A DNA stretch of 64,000 bases from Candidatus Marinacidobacterium sp. (GTDB taxonomy: Bacteria > Acidobacteriota > Vicinamibacteria > Marinacidobacterales > Marinacidobacteraceae): contig OZ244852.1 in the NCBI GenBank assembly GCA_965220965.1, positions 736,001 through 800,000 on the forward strand, given 5' to 3'. Shown one piece after another: positions 47,250-57,216 of this stretch; position 1 is the first letter of the stretch; each line of letters opens with the position of its first letter. The notes under the pieces were generated by a model. It did not search any database and had not been told where the DNA came from. It saw nothing but the letters and a program-made list of their open reading frames with translations. The translations under genes were made by a program, and so were the position numbers.

Positions 47250-49885
47250 TCGCGCGTTGCCGGGCCATCCCCGGAGTCGTTGGCGAGCAGGGGCAGCACG
47301 GCGATGTCCTCTCCCCGCCAGTGGAGCGCATCGGCGGGCTCGAGCGCGGTGAGCGAGGCGCTCCGGTAGAGCTCCGGGGGCAGGAAGGAAGCGAGCCCCT
47401 GGGGGGCCCAGGGGTCGCCGTCCTTCTTGAACCGCGTCACCCACGACAGGGTCAGCGTGCGTTTGGCTCGCGTCATGGCGACGTAGAGGCAGCGCCGCTC
47501 TTCGGACTCCGCGCGTCCGCCGTCGTCCAGCTTCCAGGGGCTCGCATCCTTGATCAGGGCGATGGTCCAGACGCCGTCTTCCAGCTCCTGGACCCTCGGG
47601 ATGCCGGTAGCCCGCTGGCCCGGGTTGCCGCAGTCCACGAGGAAGACGTGGTCGAACTCGAGGCCCTTCGAGGCATGGATCGACATCGCCTGGACCGCGC
47701 CCCCGACGTGGACCGGCGCCTGGGTGGCGTCGCCGTCTTCCGCGCCCGCCAGGCTCTGGGCGACCTCCTCCAGGCCCGCCAGGCCGCTTCGCTCGAAAGC
47801 TGCGAGCTGCTGGCGCGCCCGGAGCAGATTCGCGGCGATCTGCGCCTGCGCTTCGGGGTTCGGCGCGGCGGCCTGTGCGCGGCGCAGGTAATCGGTCGCC
47901 CGCAGAGCCTCGTCCACGGTGCGCGAGGGCGACCGCCGCCGGGAGAGCCGGACCCAGCCCGCGATGGTCTGCGAGGCGTCCCGCAGCCGGGCCGCCCAGG
48001 CGCCGGAAGCCTCCGCCACGGCGCTGGCGTCCCCCCGGGCGAGGTCCGCGAACGGCGTGTCGGAACGGGCGGCGCGCTTCAGCCGGGCGAGGCTGTCGAA
48101 CGGCGTCGCGAAGAACCGGGAGCACAGGAGCTCGACCGCCCGGCGATCCGAAAACGGGCGGGCGAGGAAGCGCGCCAGAGCGGCGATGTCACGCATTTCG
48201 GAGGTCTGGTAGAAGTCCTGGCCCTTCGTGAGGTGCGTCGGGATCCCGAGTTCCTCCACCGCCGTCCGGTACGCGCCGAGCCGGTTGGCCGACCGGGCGA
48301 GCAGGGCGATCGACTCGGGGGCGGCGCCGTGCTCCCGCACCAGGTCCCGGATCCGGTTCGCGATCCGCCGCGCAACCGCATCGTGGCCGGCGGCCGGGTC
48401 GCCCACCGCCACCGCCACCGCAAGATCCGAAGCGGACTCGTCGTCCATCGGGCCGGCCCCCTCCGGGAACTCGTCGGAGCCGTCGTAGCGGAACGCCCAG
48501 TCCCGCTCCTCCCCCGGCGGATCCGTCGGGGCCATGTCCTTCGCGGCCCGGTTCACGAACCGGCGCAGGGAGCGGACGGACCGGAAGTTCCAGCGCAGCA
48601 CCTGGCGCGGGTCGCGGTCGGTCTCGAGCTCCCGCAGTTTCCTTTCGGCGCGCCCGAGGATCTCCACCCGGGCGTCCCGGAAACGGTAGATCGATTGCTT
48701 GTGGTCGCCGACCAGGAAGATCGTCGGTCTCCGCAGCCGGCCCCGGGTCACCCGGGTCACCTCTTCGGCGGCGAGCCCCTCTCCGGCCAGCCAGGGCTGG
48801 ACGAGCCACTCGAGCAGCTCCCACTGGTGGTCCGAAGTGTCGTGGAACTCATCGAGGAGCAGGTGGTGGTAGCGGGCCTCCAGCCGGAAGCGGCTTTCGC
48901 CGAACTCGTCCATCCGGGACAGCAGCCGGGTGGCCGCCAGCGTCAGGTCGTCGAAGTCCATGACGCCGCGGTCCCGCTTCAGCCGCTGGTACTCGGCCTC
49001 CACCGCCTGGCACACGCGCCAGAACGGCCTCAGCGCGATGTCGTTCCGCCGGTCCCGGTGGTGGCTCTCCAGCTTCAGGAACGAGGGGCGCGCCGCCTTG
49101 TAGGGCCCCTTCGCGGCGGGCGCAGACCCCTTCGGGGGCGTCTTGTTTTTGAAGAACTTCGAGAGCGTCTCGATGTCGAGCGCGTCCCGCGAGGCCGGCT
49201 GATCCTCGAGTCGGAGCGCGAGCCGCACCGGGAGCGGCGTTTCCGGGGCGGACGCCAGCGCCTCGCAGTCGTCGGCGACGGGGGCCATCGCGTCGCGCAG
49301 GCGAAGCCGGGGGCGAACGTTGAGCCGTTCCACCTCGTCTTCGAAATAGCGTCTCCAGGTCAGCCGCTTCTCGAGATAGCTGCGCAGCGCCTCCTCGGTC
49401 TTCGAGGCGCCGCGGTCCAGCAGCAGCGGGAGGTCGCCCAGCGTCTCCCGATCCAGCCCGGCGGCGCCGGTGAGCACGCCGCGGATCGCCTCCGCCCGGA
49501 CCACCGGCATCGCGCGCTCGTCCAGAACCTCCATCCCGGGCGGGAGCCCGGCGTCGAGCGGAAACTCGCGCAGCAGGCCCAGGTTGAAGGCGTCGATCGT
49601 CAGGACGTTCACGTCGGCGAGATCGGCGGTGGCGCCCCGGCTTCGCCGCCGTTCGGGCGCCCGGAGCTCCTTCACGATCCGGTCCTTCATTTCCTGGGCC
49701 GCCTTCCGCGTGAAGGTGAGCGCGAGGATGTGGCGGGGGGGCGCGCCGTGATCGAGGAGTCGCAGGTAGCGGGTCACGAGGACGGTCGTCTTGCCGGTCC
49801 CCGCCGAGGCGCGGAGGATGATGTTGCGCGCCGGATCGGCGGCGACCTCGCGCGCCGCGGCGTCCGGCGGCGTGAAGGCGCTCAT
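47246..49885 (-). CDS. addA: UvrD-family helicase, AddA-like
   Basis: ASAGTGKT, LTFTRKAA, LLDEFHDT, VGDHKQSIYRFR, NFRS, SIHASKGLEF, LYVAMTRAK. Confidence 0.9.
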   Translation of the reverse strand: MSAFTPPDAAAREVAADPARNIILRASAGTGKTTVLVTRYLRLLDHGAPPRHILALTFTRKAAQEMKDRIVKELRAPERRRSRGATADLADVNVLTIDAFNLGLLREFPLDAGLPPGMEVLDERAMPVVRAEAIRGVLTGAAGLDRETLGDLPLLLDRGASKTEEALRSYLEKRLTWRRYFEDEVERLNVRPRLRLRDAMAPVADDCEALASAPETPLPVRLALRLEDQPASRDALDIETLSKFFKNKTPPKGSAPAAKGPYKAARPSFLKLESHHRDRRNDIALRPFWRVCQAVEAEYQRLKRDRGVMDFDDLTLAATRLLSRMDEFGESRFRLEARYHHLLLDEFHDTSDHQWELLEWLVQPWLAGEGLAAEEVTRVTRGRLRRPTIFLVGDHKQSIYRFRDARVEILGRAERKLRELETDRDPRQVLRWNFRSVRSLRRFVNRAAKDMAPTDPPGEERDWAFRYDGSDEFPEGAGPMDDESASDLAVAVAVGDPAAGHDAVARRIANRIRDLVREHGAAPESIALLARSANRLGAYRTAVEELGIPTHLTKGQDFYQTSEMRDIAALARFLARPFSDRRAVELLCSRFFATPFDSLARLKRAARSDTPFADLARGDASAVAEASGAWAARLRDASQTIAGWVRLSRRRSPSRTVDEALRATDYLRRAQAAAPNPEAQAQIAANLLRARQQLAAFERSGLAGLEEVAQSLAGAEDGDATQAPVHVGGAVQAMSIHASKGLEFDHVFLVDCGNPGQRATGIPRVQELEDGVWTIALIKDASPWKLDDGGRAESEERRCLYVAMTRAKRTLTLSWVTRFKKDGDPWAPQGLASFLPPELYRSASLTALEPADALHWRGEDIAVLPLLANDSGDGPATRE

Positions 49886-52800
49886 GCGTCCTGCTCCGCT
49901 TCGGAGGTCGCCGGCTCGTCCGCCGGGGGCGGGTCCGGGAGGTCGGTCCGGCAGACGAGCCGGTAGTCGAACTTGCCGGACTCGGGCGGCAGCCGGAAGT
50001 CCCCGGCCCCGAGCCGCCGGTGGGCGTCCCGCAAAAGCTGATCCTGTTCCTCGTCGTTCGGGCGGTCCTCCGGGCCGACCCATGTGCGGCCTCCGAAGTA
50101 GGGGATGGCGTAGCCGGTGGGCCGCTCCCGCTCCTTCCCGATGAGCCGCGCGTAGAGCCGGGCCTGCACCGGCTTCTCGTAGGGGCGCCCGGACTTGTAC
50201 TCGACGACCCGAAGCGTCCCGTCTTCCAGTTCGTCGAGCCGGTCGAGGCGCCCGCGAACCCGCAGCGCCGGGAGGTCGGCCAGGGCCGGTTCGAGTTCCC
50301 CCTCGAGCTGCGCTTCGAAGGCGACGGGGTCCGCCGGCCCGCGGGCCGCCTCTTCCCGCAGATACCACTCGATCGCTCCTGGCGTGGCCTCCCCCCCGAA
50401 GAGCCAGCGCTCCTCGGCGAGCGCTTCGGCGTCCGGTATTCCGGCGTCGCGCCGGAAGGCCGCGAACTCCCGGCGAAAGAGCTCGAGGACGCGCTCCAGC
50501 GTGGTCTCCGAGACGGTCTCGCCGCTTTCGCGGAGCGAGCGGAACGCCTTCTCGAGGAAGTCGTGCAGTCGGGAGCCCCGGTCCGTCGGGGCCGGGACAT
50601 CGCTCAGCGGCCGCTCTTCGGGCAGCCCGAGAACGCGCCCGGCGAAGAACTGCGCCGGGTTCCGGAGGTAGACGTCGAGCGCGGTCGCCGACAGCGGCTC
50701 CTCGAGGACGCGCGCCGACGGAGCGATCCGGTCGAGGGTCGTGGGCAGCGGCTTCACCGCTCGGCCTGCAGGTCTCGCCTCGTCCGGAGCGAAGCCGACG
50801 GGCCCGCCGCCGGCCTTGCGGATGGCTTCCTCGAGCTCGACCTCGAAGGGCGACACCCCGGCGGGAAACGCATCGTGGAGCTCCGGTCGGGTGAAGGCGG
50901 CGAAACGCCTGGGAAGCGTGGGAAGGGCCCGCAGCAGCGCGATCTCCCGCTCGCGCCCGCGCGCCTGCCGGGAGCGGGTCGCGGGCTCGAGGAGGCGCGC
51001 GGGAAAGAAGATGTTCGAGGGGCGCGGGCCGGGCCAGTCGACATCCACCATCCCGAGCAGGACCAGCCCGTCCCAGTCCCCGTAGGGCGCATCCCTCGCG
51101 GCGATCAGGTGGACGCGCTGGCGGGGGGCGGTCGCTCCGGAGGCCTGCGGCGCCGCCGGGAGCCGGCGCCGCTCGAGCAGCCGCCGCACCCGGGCGGCGA
51201 ACGCCTCGCCCCCTCCGGTGAGCGTCTCCGCGGGAACGGCCTCCCGGGCCTGGTCGAGCGCGGCGAACACGGCGTCCCGGACGGCCTCGTCTCCCGGTTC
51301 GGGATCCCGCAACCGGCTCTCGAGGAACCCGCGCAGCGCCCGGAGCGCCTCCCGGAAGCCGCCGTCCGCCCGGAGCGGCGCGAGTTCGTCGGCGTAGACG
51401 AGGAGCCGGTCCATCGCGTCCGCCGCCACCGTCGCCGCCTCGGCCCGTCGGACCAGGCGCTCCGGCGCGCCGGACTCGGCGGATCGCCGCCGGAGTCTCC
51501 CGGCCCGCTTTCGCAAGCGATCGGCGACCTCCGCCAGTTCTTCGATCGGGTGCGTGTCGCGGATCGCCCGGTCCGCCAGTTCCCTCTCCAGGAGGTCGGC
51601 GGCCCGCGGCGGCGGCTCGCCATCGAACGCGTGGTCACGGAAGAAGGGATCCCGGAGCATCCGGAGGCCGAGCGAAATGCGGCCCGGCTGCGCGCCGAAC
51701 CGGAGCGCGGCGCCCACCGAGGCGACCCAGGGGGCTTCGGCGAGTCCGGGGCGCAACCGGGTCTCGAGCGCGAACCCGAAGTCCGCCAGGGCGCTCTCGA
51801 CGGCGCTCCGGTACTCCCGCGGGTTCTGCGCCGCGAGGGCCAGGCGGAGGGGAGCGCCGGAGGCCCCGGCCGGGTCCGCGTCCCGTTGGGCCCGCAGCAG
51901 ACGGGCGGCGAACCGAGCCTCCTCCTCGCGGTCCGACCTGCGGAACACGAAACCGGCGTCGCGATCCGCCTCCTCCGGGACGAGCGTCACCGGCGACTTC
52001 GGGGGCTCCGCCAGCGCCGGATCGAAGAGCGACCGCGGGGCGGTCGGAACGACGCTGGCGTCGTCGGGCGAATCCGGATCGGGGGAGTCCGCGACCAGGG
52101 CCCATGACAGGGCGCCCGCTGGCAGCAGCGCCGCGAGGACCTCGATCTCGGCGGGCCGGGCGGCGTCCTCCCCGACCGCGATCGCCCGCCACCCCGCGAG
52201 CCCCGGCCGGAGCGAGTCGGCCTCGGCGAGGAGCGCCCGCCGCAGCCCGTCGCCATCGGTGCGTTCCACGGCGCCGAGCGCGCGCCGGTAGCGCGAAACG
52301 ACGCGTTCCAGCCACTGCGCGAGCCCCAGCAGCCGCCCGGCGCCGTGATCGGTTTCCGCCGCTTCGGTCAGGACGCGCCGGGCGCGGGCCACGAACGCCC
52401 GGTAGGCCGGACGGTCGGGGTCGGGACGCCGGTCGGCGGCCTGTTCCTCGAGGAACGCCAGGAGCGGACCGGTGAGCGCCTCGGCGGCGCGTCCCGCCTC
52501 CCCCGGGGGCGCTCCCGGGGTCGCCGCTTCCCGCAGGATGGCCTCCTCCAGCAGGACTTCCCGCGTCAGCGCCGGGGCCACCCGGAACGGCGCCTCGAGT
52601 TCCGGGACCCGGTCGCCGAGAAACGTGGAAACCGCTCCCACGAAGGGCGCGGGCGCCCCGCGAAGCCGCGGCCCCAGCGCGTCCTCGAGGACGCCGGCCG
52701 CGCCGGCGTCGGGGACGAAGAGGTGGAGCGGCTGATGGCGCCGGGCCGCATCCCGCGACTCCGCGATCAGGAACCGGTGGAGCTCCCGCCAGGTGGCGAA

Positions 52801-52917
52801 GCGGCGCGTCGGGATCCGGGCCTGGGCGTCGCCCTCGGCGCCGGCGCCGGGCGAGCCGCCGGCGCCCCGGGGCGGAGCCTCCTCGCCCGAGGGGCTTCGC
52901 TGGGCCTTGTCGGTCAC
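49882..52917 (-). CDS. addB: AddB-like protein with C-terminal PD-(D/E)XK nuclease
   Basis: LSATAL, RGSRLH, RGRLDRLD, VVEYKSG, QARLY; inactive helicase-like N-terminus; coupled to addA. Confidence 0.82.
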   Translation of the reverse strand: MTDKAQRSPSGEEAPPRGAGGSPGAGAEGDAQARIPTRRFATWRELHRFLIAESRDAARRHQPLHLFVPDAGAAGVLEDALGPRLRGAPAPFVGAVSTFLGDRVPELEAPFRVAPALTREVLLEEAILREAATPGAPPGEAGRAAEALTGPLLAFLEEQAADRRPDPDRPAYRAFVARARRVLTEAAETDHGAGRLLGLAQWLERVVSRYRRALGAVERTDGDGLRRALLAEADSLRPGLAGWRAIAVGEDAARPAEIEVLAALLPAGALSWALVADSPDPDSPDDASVVPTAPRSLFDPALAEPPKSPVTLVPEEADRDAGFVFRRSDREEEARFAARLLRAQRDADPAGASGAPLRLALAAQNPREYRSAVESALADFGFALETRLRPGLAEAPWVASVGAALRFGAQPGRISLGLRMLRDPFFRDHAFDGEPPPRAADLLERELADRAIRDTHPIEELAEVADRLRKRAGRLRRRSAESGAPERLVRRAEAATVAADAMDRLLVYADELAPLRADGGFREALRALRGFLESRLRDPEPGDEAVRDAVFAALDQAREAVPAETLTGGGEAFAARVRRLLERRRLPAAPQASGATAPRQRVHLIAARDAPYGDWDGLVLLGMVDVDWPGPRPSNIFFPARLLEPATRSRQARGREREIALLRALPTLPRRFAAFTRPELHDAFPAGVSPFEVELEEAIRKAGGGPVGFAPDEARPAGRAVKPLPTTLDRIAPSARVLEEPLSATALDVYLRNPAQFFAGRVLGLPEERPLSDVPAPTDRGSRLHDFLEKAFRSLRESGETVSETTLERVLELFRREFAAFRRDAGIPDAEALAEERWLFGGEATPGAIEWYLREEAARGPADPVAFEAQLEGELEPALADLPALRVRGRLDRLDELEDGTLRVVEYKSGRPYEKPVQARLYARLIGKERERPTGYAIPYFGGRTWVGPEDRPNDEEQDQLLRDAHRRLGAGDFRLPPESGKFDYRLVCRTDLPDPPPADEPATSEAEQDA

Positions 52918-53005
52918 GAGCGGGAATCCTACGAAGCGGGGTGGTCAGGTTCCGTCATGTTCGTTCCTGTTCGGGCGGCCGGTTCGCGGTAGCCTCTCGC
53001 ACGCC

Positions 53006-55912
53006 ATGTCGCGCGCGGATCGCTCCTGGGCCGGCGCGGCCGCCGTCGCGGTGATGGTCGCGCCGCTGCTGGCGCCCGGCGCCGGCCTCGCCGGGGATCC
53101 GGCGACGACGGCGCGGGAGACCCTGGCCCGGCTGGATCTCGAGGCGAAGGTCGGCCAGCTCATCCTGCCGCGGGCCCCCGCCCGGTTCCTGAACACCGGG
53201 GATCCGGAGCTCGAGGCCCTGCTCGAGATGGCCCGGGAGGGACGGATCGGCGGCGCGGTGGTCTTCGCCGGCTCGCCCGAGGGCACGCTCTGGATGACGA
53301 CGGCGCTGCAGGCGGCCGCCCCGCTGCCCGCGCTCATCGCCGCCGACTTCGAGTGGGGCACCGCGATGCGGACCGAGGGGGGCGTCCGTTTTCCTCCGGC
53401 GATGCAGGCCGGCGCGTCTCCCGACCCGGCCGCCCAGGAGCGGCAGGGACGCATCGTGGCTCGCGAGGCGCGCGCTCTCGGCGTCCACCTGGTGCTCGCG
53501 CCGGTGCTCGATGTCCTCACGACGCCTGATAGCCGGGTCATCGGAACCCGCTCCTTCGGTTCGGACCCCGCGGTGGTCGCCGAGCTCGGGGCCGCATTCC
53601 TGCGGGGGGTCGAGGACGGCGGCGCGCTCGCGACCGCGAAGCACTTCCCCGGCCACGGCGGGACGGAAACGGACAGTCACCAGAGGCTCGCCACCGTGCT
53701 CGCCGATCGGGAAACGCTCGAGGCGCTTCACCTCGCGCCCTTCCGCGCCGCGGTGGACGCCGGCGTCTCGGCGGTCATGCCGGGCCATCTCGCGGTCCCG
53801 GCGCTCGACGGACGCGAAGACCGCCCGGCCATCCTGTCCCCCGAGGTCCTGGGCGGGCTGCTCCGGGAGGACATGGGCTTCGACGGGCTGATCGTCAGCG
53901 ACGCGCTCGAAATGGAGGGCGCCCGGAGCGGCCGCTTCGACGGCGAGGTCGCGGTCGAGACCCTCGCCGCCGGGATGGACGTGATCCTGGTGCCCGAGGA
54001 TCCGGTGGTGGCTCACCAGGCCATCGTGCGGGCGGTTCGACAGGGACGGCTCTCCGAGGCCCGGCTCGACGATGCGGTGCGCCGGGTGCTCGAGGCGAAG
54101 GCGCGGCTGGGCCTGTTCGAAGACCGGGAGCCCCCGCTCGGGCTCCACGAGGCGTTCGGCGCTCCGGCCGACCGCGACTTCGCGGCCGCGCAGTTCGCGC
54201 GCGGCCTCGTTCTGCTCGACGATCCGGGAGGGCTGCTGCCGTTCTCGACCCGGATCACCGGAAGCGGGTCGGAGACCCCCCGGCTGCTGCTGATCGAGCT
54301 GCATCGGGAGAGCGTCTATCCGGTGGACCGCCGTCCCTTCCGGAGGGAGCTCCGCCGCCGGGGGGCGCGCGCCGAGCGGATTCCGGTTGTGGGTCACGGC
54401 GCGCTGCCGTCCGAACGGCTTCAGGACGCCGCCGGCGAAGCGGACGCGGTCATCCTCGCCGACTTCCGGCGCACCGCGCTCTCCCCTCCGGAAGCGCTGG
54501 TCGAAGCGCTCGCGCCCTACGCCGGAAAGCTGGTCACCGTCTCGTTCGGCAATCCGCACGGCGCCCGCGGGTTTCCGCCGGAAGCGGCCATCGTCCTCGC
54601 CTGGGACAGCGCCCCGGCCGGCCAGCAGGCCGCCGCCGCCGCGCTGTTCGGGGAGGCGGCCTTCGAGGGGCGTCTGCCGCTGCCGCTCGACGAGCGGGCC
54701 GCGGGAGGGGGGATCATGCTCCCGGCGGAGCGGCAGACGCTCCGCCGGGTGGAGCCCGGGGAGGTCGGGATGAGCGCCGAAGGCCTGGAACGCGTCCGCG
54801 AGGTGGTTCGCGACGCGATCGCGGAACGCGTCACGCCGGGCGCGAGCGCGATCGTCGCGCGGCGCGGCGGGGTGGTCCTCCACGAAGGCTTCGGCCGGAC
54901 GACCTACGCCGCCGACGCCCCCGAGGTGACCCCGGACACCATCTACGACCTGGCCTCGCTGACGAAGGTGGTGGGGACCACCACGCTCGTGATGATGCTG
55001 GTGGAGCAGGGGAGGCTCGATCTGGAGTACCCGGTGAGCGCCTACATTCCGGAGTTCCTCGACCAGGCGCCCTCGGAGGAAGAGCGGGCGCGGCGGGAGC
55101 GGGTCACGGTGGCGGACCTGATGGTCCACGCCTCGGGTCTGCCCGCCTGGATCCAGTTCTACCTGGAGTTCGATCCGGAGGCCCGCGGCCTTCCCCTGCC
55201 GGAGGCGCGGCGGCGGGTGTTCGAGCGGATTCTGGGGGCCACCTCGGATTACGAGCCACGGACCGACACCGTGTACTCCGACAACGGGATCCTGCTCATG
55301 GGCGAGATCATCGAGCGCGTCGCCGGCATGGGGCTCGACGAGCTGGTCCAGGAGCGTCTCTTCGAGCCGCTCGGGATGGAGGACACCGGCTATCGGCCGC
55401 CCGCCGACCGCCTCTCCCGGATCGCCCCCACCGAGGACAACCCCTGGCGGCGCCGGGTCGTCCATGGGCAGGTGCACGACGAGAACACGGTCGTCCTCCA
55501 CGAAGTCGCGGCCCACGCCGGCCTGTTCAGCACGACCGGCGATCTGGCGGTCTTCCTGCAGATGCTCCTCAACGGCGGGTCGATGGGCGGCGAGCGCCTG
55601 CTCCAGGCCCGGACGATCGCGCGCTTCACCCGCCGGGCGGAGCTGGTCGAGGGGAGCAGCCGGGCGCTCGGCTGGGACACTCCCTCGCGCACCTCGTCGG
55701 GCGGGCCCTCTTCGGCGGGAGATCTCTTCTCGCGGTCATCCTTCGGCCACACCGGCTTCACCGGGACCTCGATCTGGGTCGACCCGGAGCGCGAGCTCTT
55801 CGCCGTGCTCCTCACGAACCGGGTTCACCCCACGCGCGAGAACGACGGGATCTTCCGGCTGCGGCCGGCGTTCCACGATGCGGTGATCCGCGCCGTGGTC
55901 GACGAGCCGTAG
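53006..55912 (+). CDS. GH3 beta-N-acetylglucosaminidase (NagZ-like) fused to a serine hydrolase (AmiE/beta-lactamase-like)
   Basis: KVGQL, ADFEWG, RSFG, KHFPGHG.T..DSH, SDALEM; SLTK, YSD, GHTGFTG, LTNRVHP. Confidence 0.92.
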   Translation: MSRADRSWAGAAAVAVMVAPLLAPGAGLAGDPATTARETLARLDLEAKVGQLILPRAPARFLNTGDPELEALLEMAREGRIGGAVVFAGSPEGTLWMTTALQAAAPLPALIAADFEWGTAMRTEGGVRFPPAMQAGASPDPAAQERQGRIVAREARALGVHLVLAPVLDVLTTPDSRVIGTRSFGSDPAVVAELGAAFLRGVEDGGALATAKHFPGHGGTETDSHQRLATVLADRETLEALHLAPFRAAVDAGVSAVMPGHLAVPALDGREDRPAILSPEVLGGLLREDMGFDGLIVSDALEMEGARSGRFDGEVAVETLAAGMDVILVPEDPVVAHQAIVRAVRQGRLSEARLDDAVRRVLEAKARLGLFEDREPPLGLHEAFGAPADRDFAAAQFARGLVLLDDPGGLLPFSTRITGSGSETPRLLLIELHRESVYPVDRRPFRRELRRRGARAERIPVVGHGALPSERLQDAAGEADAVILADFRRTALSPPEALVEALAPYAGKLVTVSFGNPHGARGFPPEAAIVLAWDSAPAGQQAAAAALFGEAAFEGRLPLPLDERAAGGGIMLPAERQTLRRVEPGEVGMSAEGLERVREVVRDAIAERVTPGASAIVARRGGVVLHEGFGRTTYAADAPEVTPDTIYDLASLTKVVGTTTLVMMLVEQGRLDLEYPVSAYIPEFLDQAPSEEERARRERVTVADLMVHASGLPAWIQFYLEFDPEARGLPLPEARRRVFERILGATSDYEPRTDTVYSDNGILLMGEIIERVAGMGLDELVQERLFEPLGMEDTGYRPPADRLSRIAPTEDNPWRRRVVHGQVHDENTVVLHEVAAHAGLFSTTGDLAVFLQMLLNGGSMGGERLLQARTIARFTRRAELVEGSSRALGWDTPSRTSSGGPSSAGDLFSRSSFGHTGFTGTSIWVDPERELFAVLLTNRVHPTRENDGIFRLRPAFHDAVIRAVVDEP

Positions 55913-56046
55913 GAATCGGGCGCCCGCCGGGCGGCCCGGCGCAACGGGCGGCCGATTCCCGTACACTCTCGCAATTCGGCGCGCCCCGGTGACCGGTCTC
56001 CGCCATTGAAGCGGGATCCCAGGAGGCGGCGCGGGGAGGTTTCTCA

Positions 56047-57198
56047 ATGACGAAGATGCGGAAGGCCGCGCCTGGAGCCGTGCTCCTGTTTCTGCTGGCG
56101 TTCGTCGGCTGTCAGGCCGGCGGCGGCTCGGTCGATGAAGGCGCCGACATGGACATGGCGTCCCCCGGGACACCGGTCGCGGATCCGTCGTGGCCGATGC
56201 TGCCGGACGACTGGCTGATGGGCGAGGTGTCCGGGATCGCGGTCGACATGAACGACCGCATCTGGGTCGTTCACCGGCCCCGGAGCCTGAACGCCGACGA
56301 GGCCGGGCTCATGCAGGATCCGCCGCTCACCCAGTGCTGCATCCCGGCGCCCCCGGTGCTCGTGTTCGACACCGACGGCAACCTGCTCGACAGTTGGGGC
56401 GACCACACCGGCTACGCCGGCGAGGGCTACGACTGGCCCGCCAGCGAGCACGGGATCTTCGTGGACCACAACATGAACGTGTGGCTCGCGGGGAACGGCC
56501 CGGACGACCACCAGGTCCTCAAGTTCAGCGCCGACGGCACGTTCCTGATGCAGATCGGCCAGCCCGGCCGCACCGAGGGGTCGAACAGCACGGAGTTCCT
56601 CGGGCAGCCGGCGGACATGGAGGTGGACCCGGCCACGAACGAGCTCTACATCGCCGACGGTTATCTGAACAAGCGGATCATCGTCTTCGACGCCGAGACC
56701 GGCGAGTACCGCCGCCACTGGGGCGCGTACGGGAACGAGCCCTCCGACGAGGACACCGGCCGCTTCGAGCCCGGCGCCGAGCCGATCTCCCAGTTCCGGA
56801 CGCCGGTCCATTCGGTCCGGATCGCGGACGACGGGATGGTCTATGTCGCGGACCGGGTGAACAACCGCATCCAGGTCTTCCAGAAGGACGGGACCTACGT
56901 GGACGAGATGATCGTGGAGGGCAACACCCTCGGCAACGGGTCCACCTGGGATCTGGAGCTCTCGCCGGACGAGGCGCAGTCCGAGCTCTACAACGCCGAC
57001 GGCGCGAACCAGCGGATCCACATCATCGACCGCCAGGCGCTCGAGGTGAAGAGCTACTTCGGGCGGCGCGGCCGCCACTCCGGCATGTTCCACTGGGTCC
57101 ATAACCTCGTGGTCGACTCGCAGGGGAACTTCTACACGGCCGAAGTGAGCCAGGGCCGCCGCGCCCAGAAGTTCGTCGTCACCGGAGGCGGCAACTAG
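56047..57198 (+). CDS. NHL-repeat beta-propeller lipoprotein (PAL-like)
   Basis: Lipobox FVGC; EHGIFVD, YIADGY.N.R, YVADRVNNRIQVF, VDSQGNFYTAEV. Confidence 0.88.
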   Translation: MTKMRKAAPGAVLLFLLAFVGCQAGGGSVDEGADMDMASPGTPVADPSWPMLPDDWLMGEVSGIAVDMNDRIWVVHRPRSLNADEAGLMQDPPLTQCCIPAPPVLVFDTDGNLLDSWGDHTGYAGEGYDWPASEHGIFVDHNMNVWLAGNGPDDHQVLKFSADGTFLMQIGQPGRTEGSNSTEFLGQPADMEVDPATNELYIADGYLNKRIIVFDAETGEYRRHWGAYGNEPSDEDTGRFEPGAEPISQFRTPVHSVRIADDGMVYVADRVNNRIQVFQKDGTYVDEMIVEGNTLGNGSTWDLELSPDEAQSELYNADGANQRIHIIDRQALEVKSYFGRRGRHSGMFHWVHNLVVDSQGNFYTAEVSQGRRAQKFVVTGGGN

Positions 57199-57216
57199 CA
57201 GGCCAAACCGCTCCGC

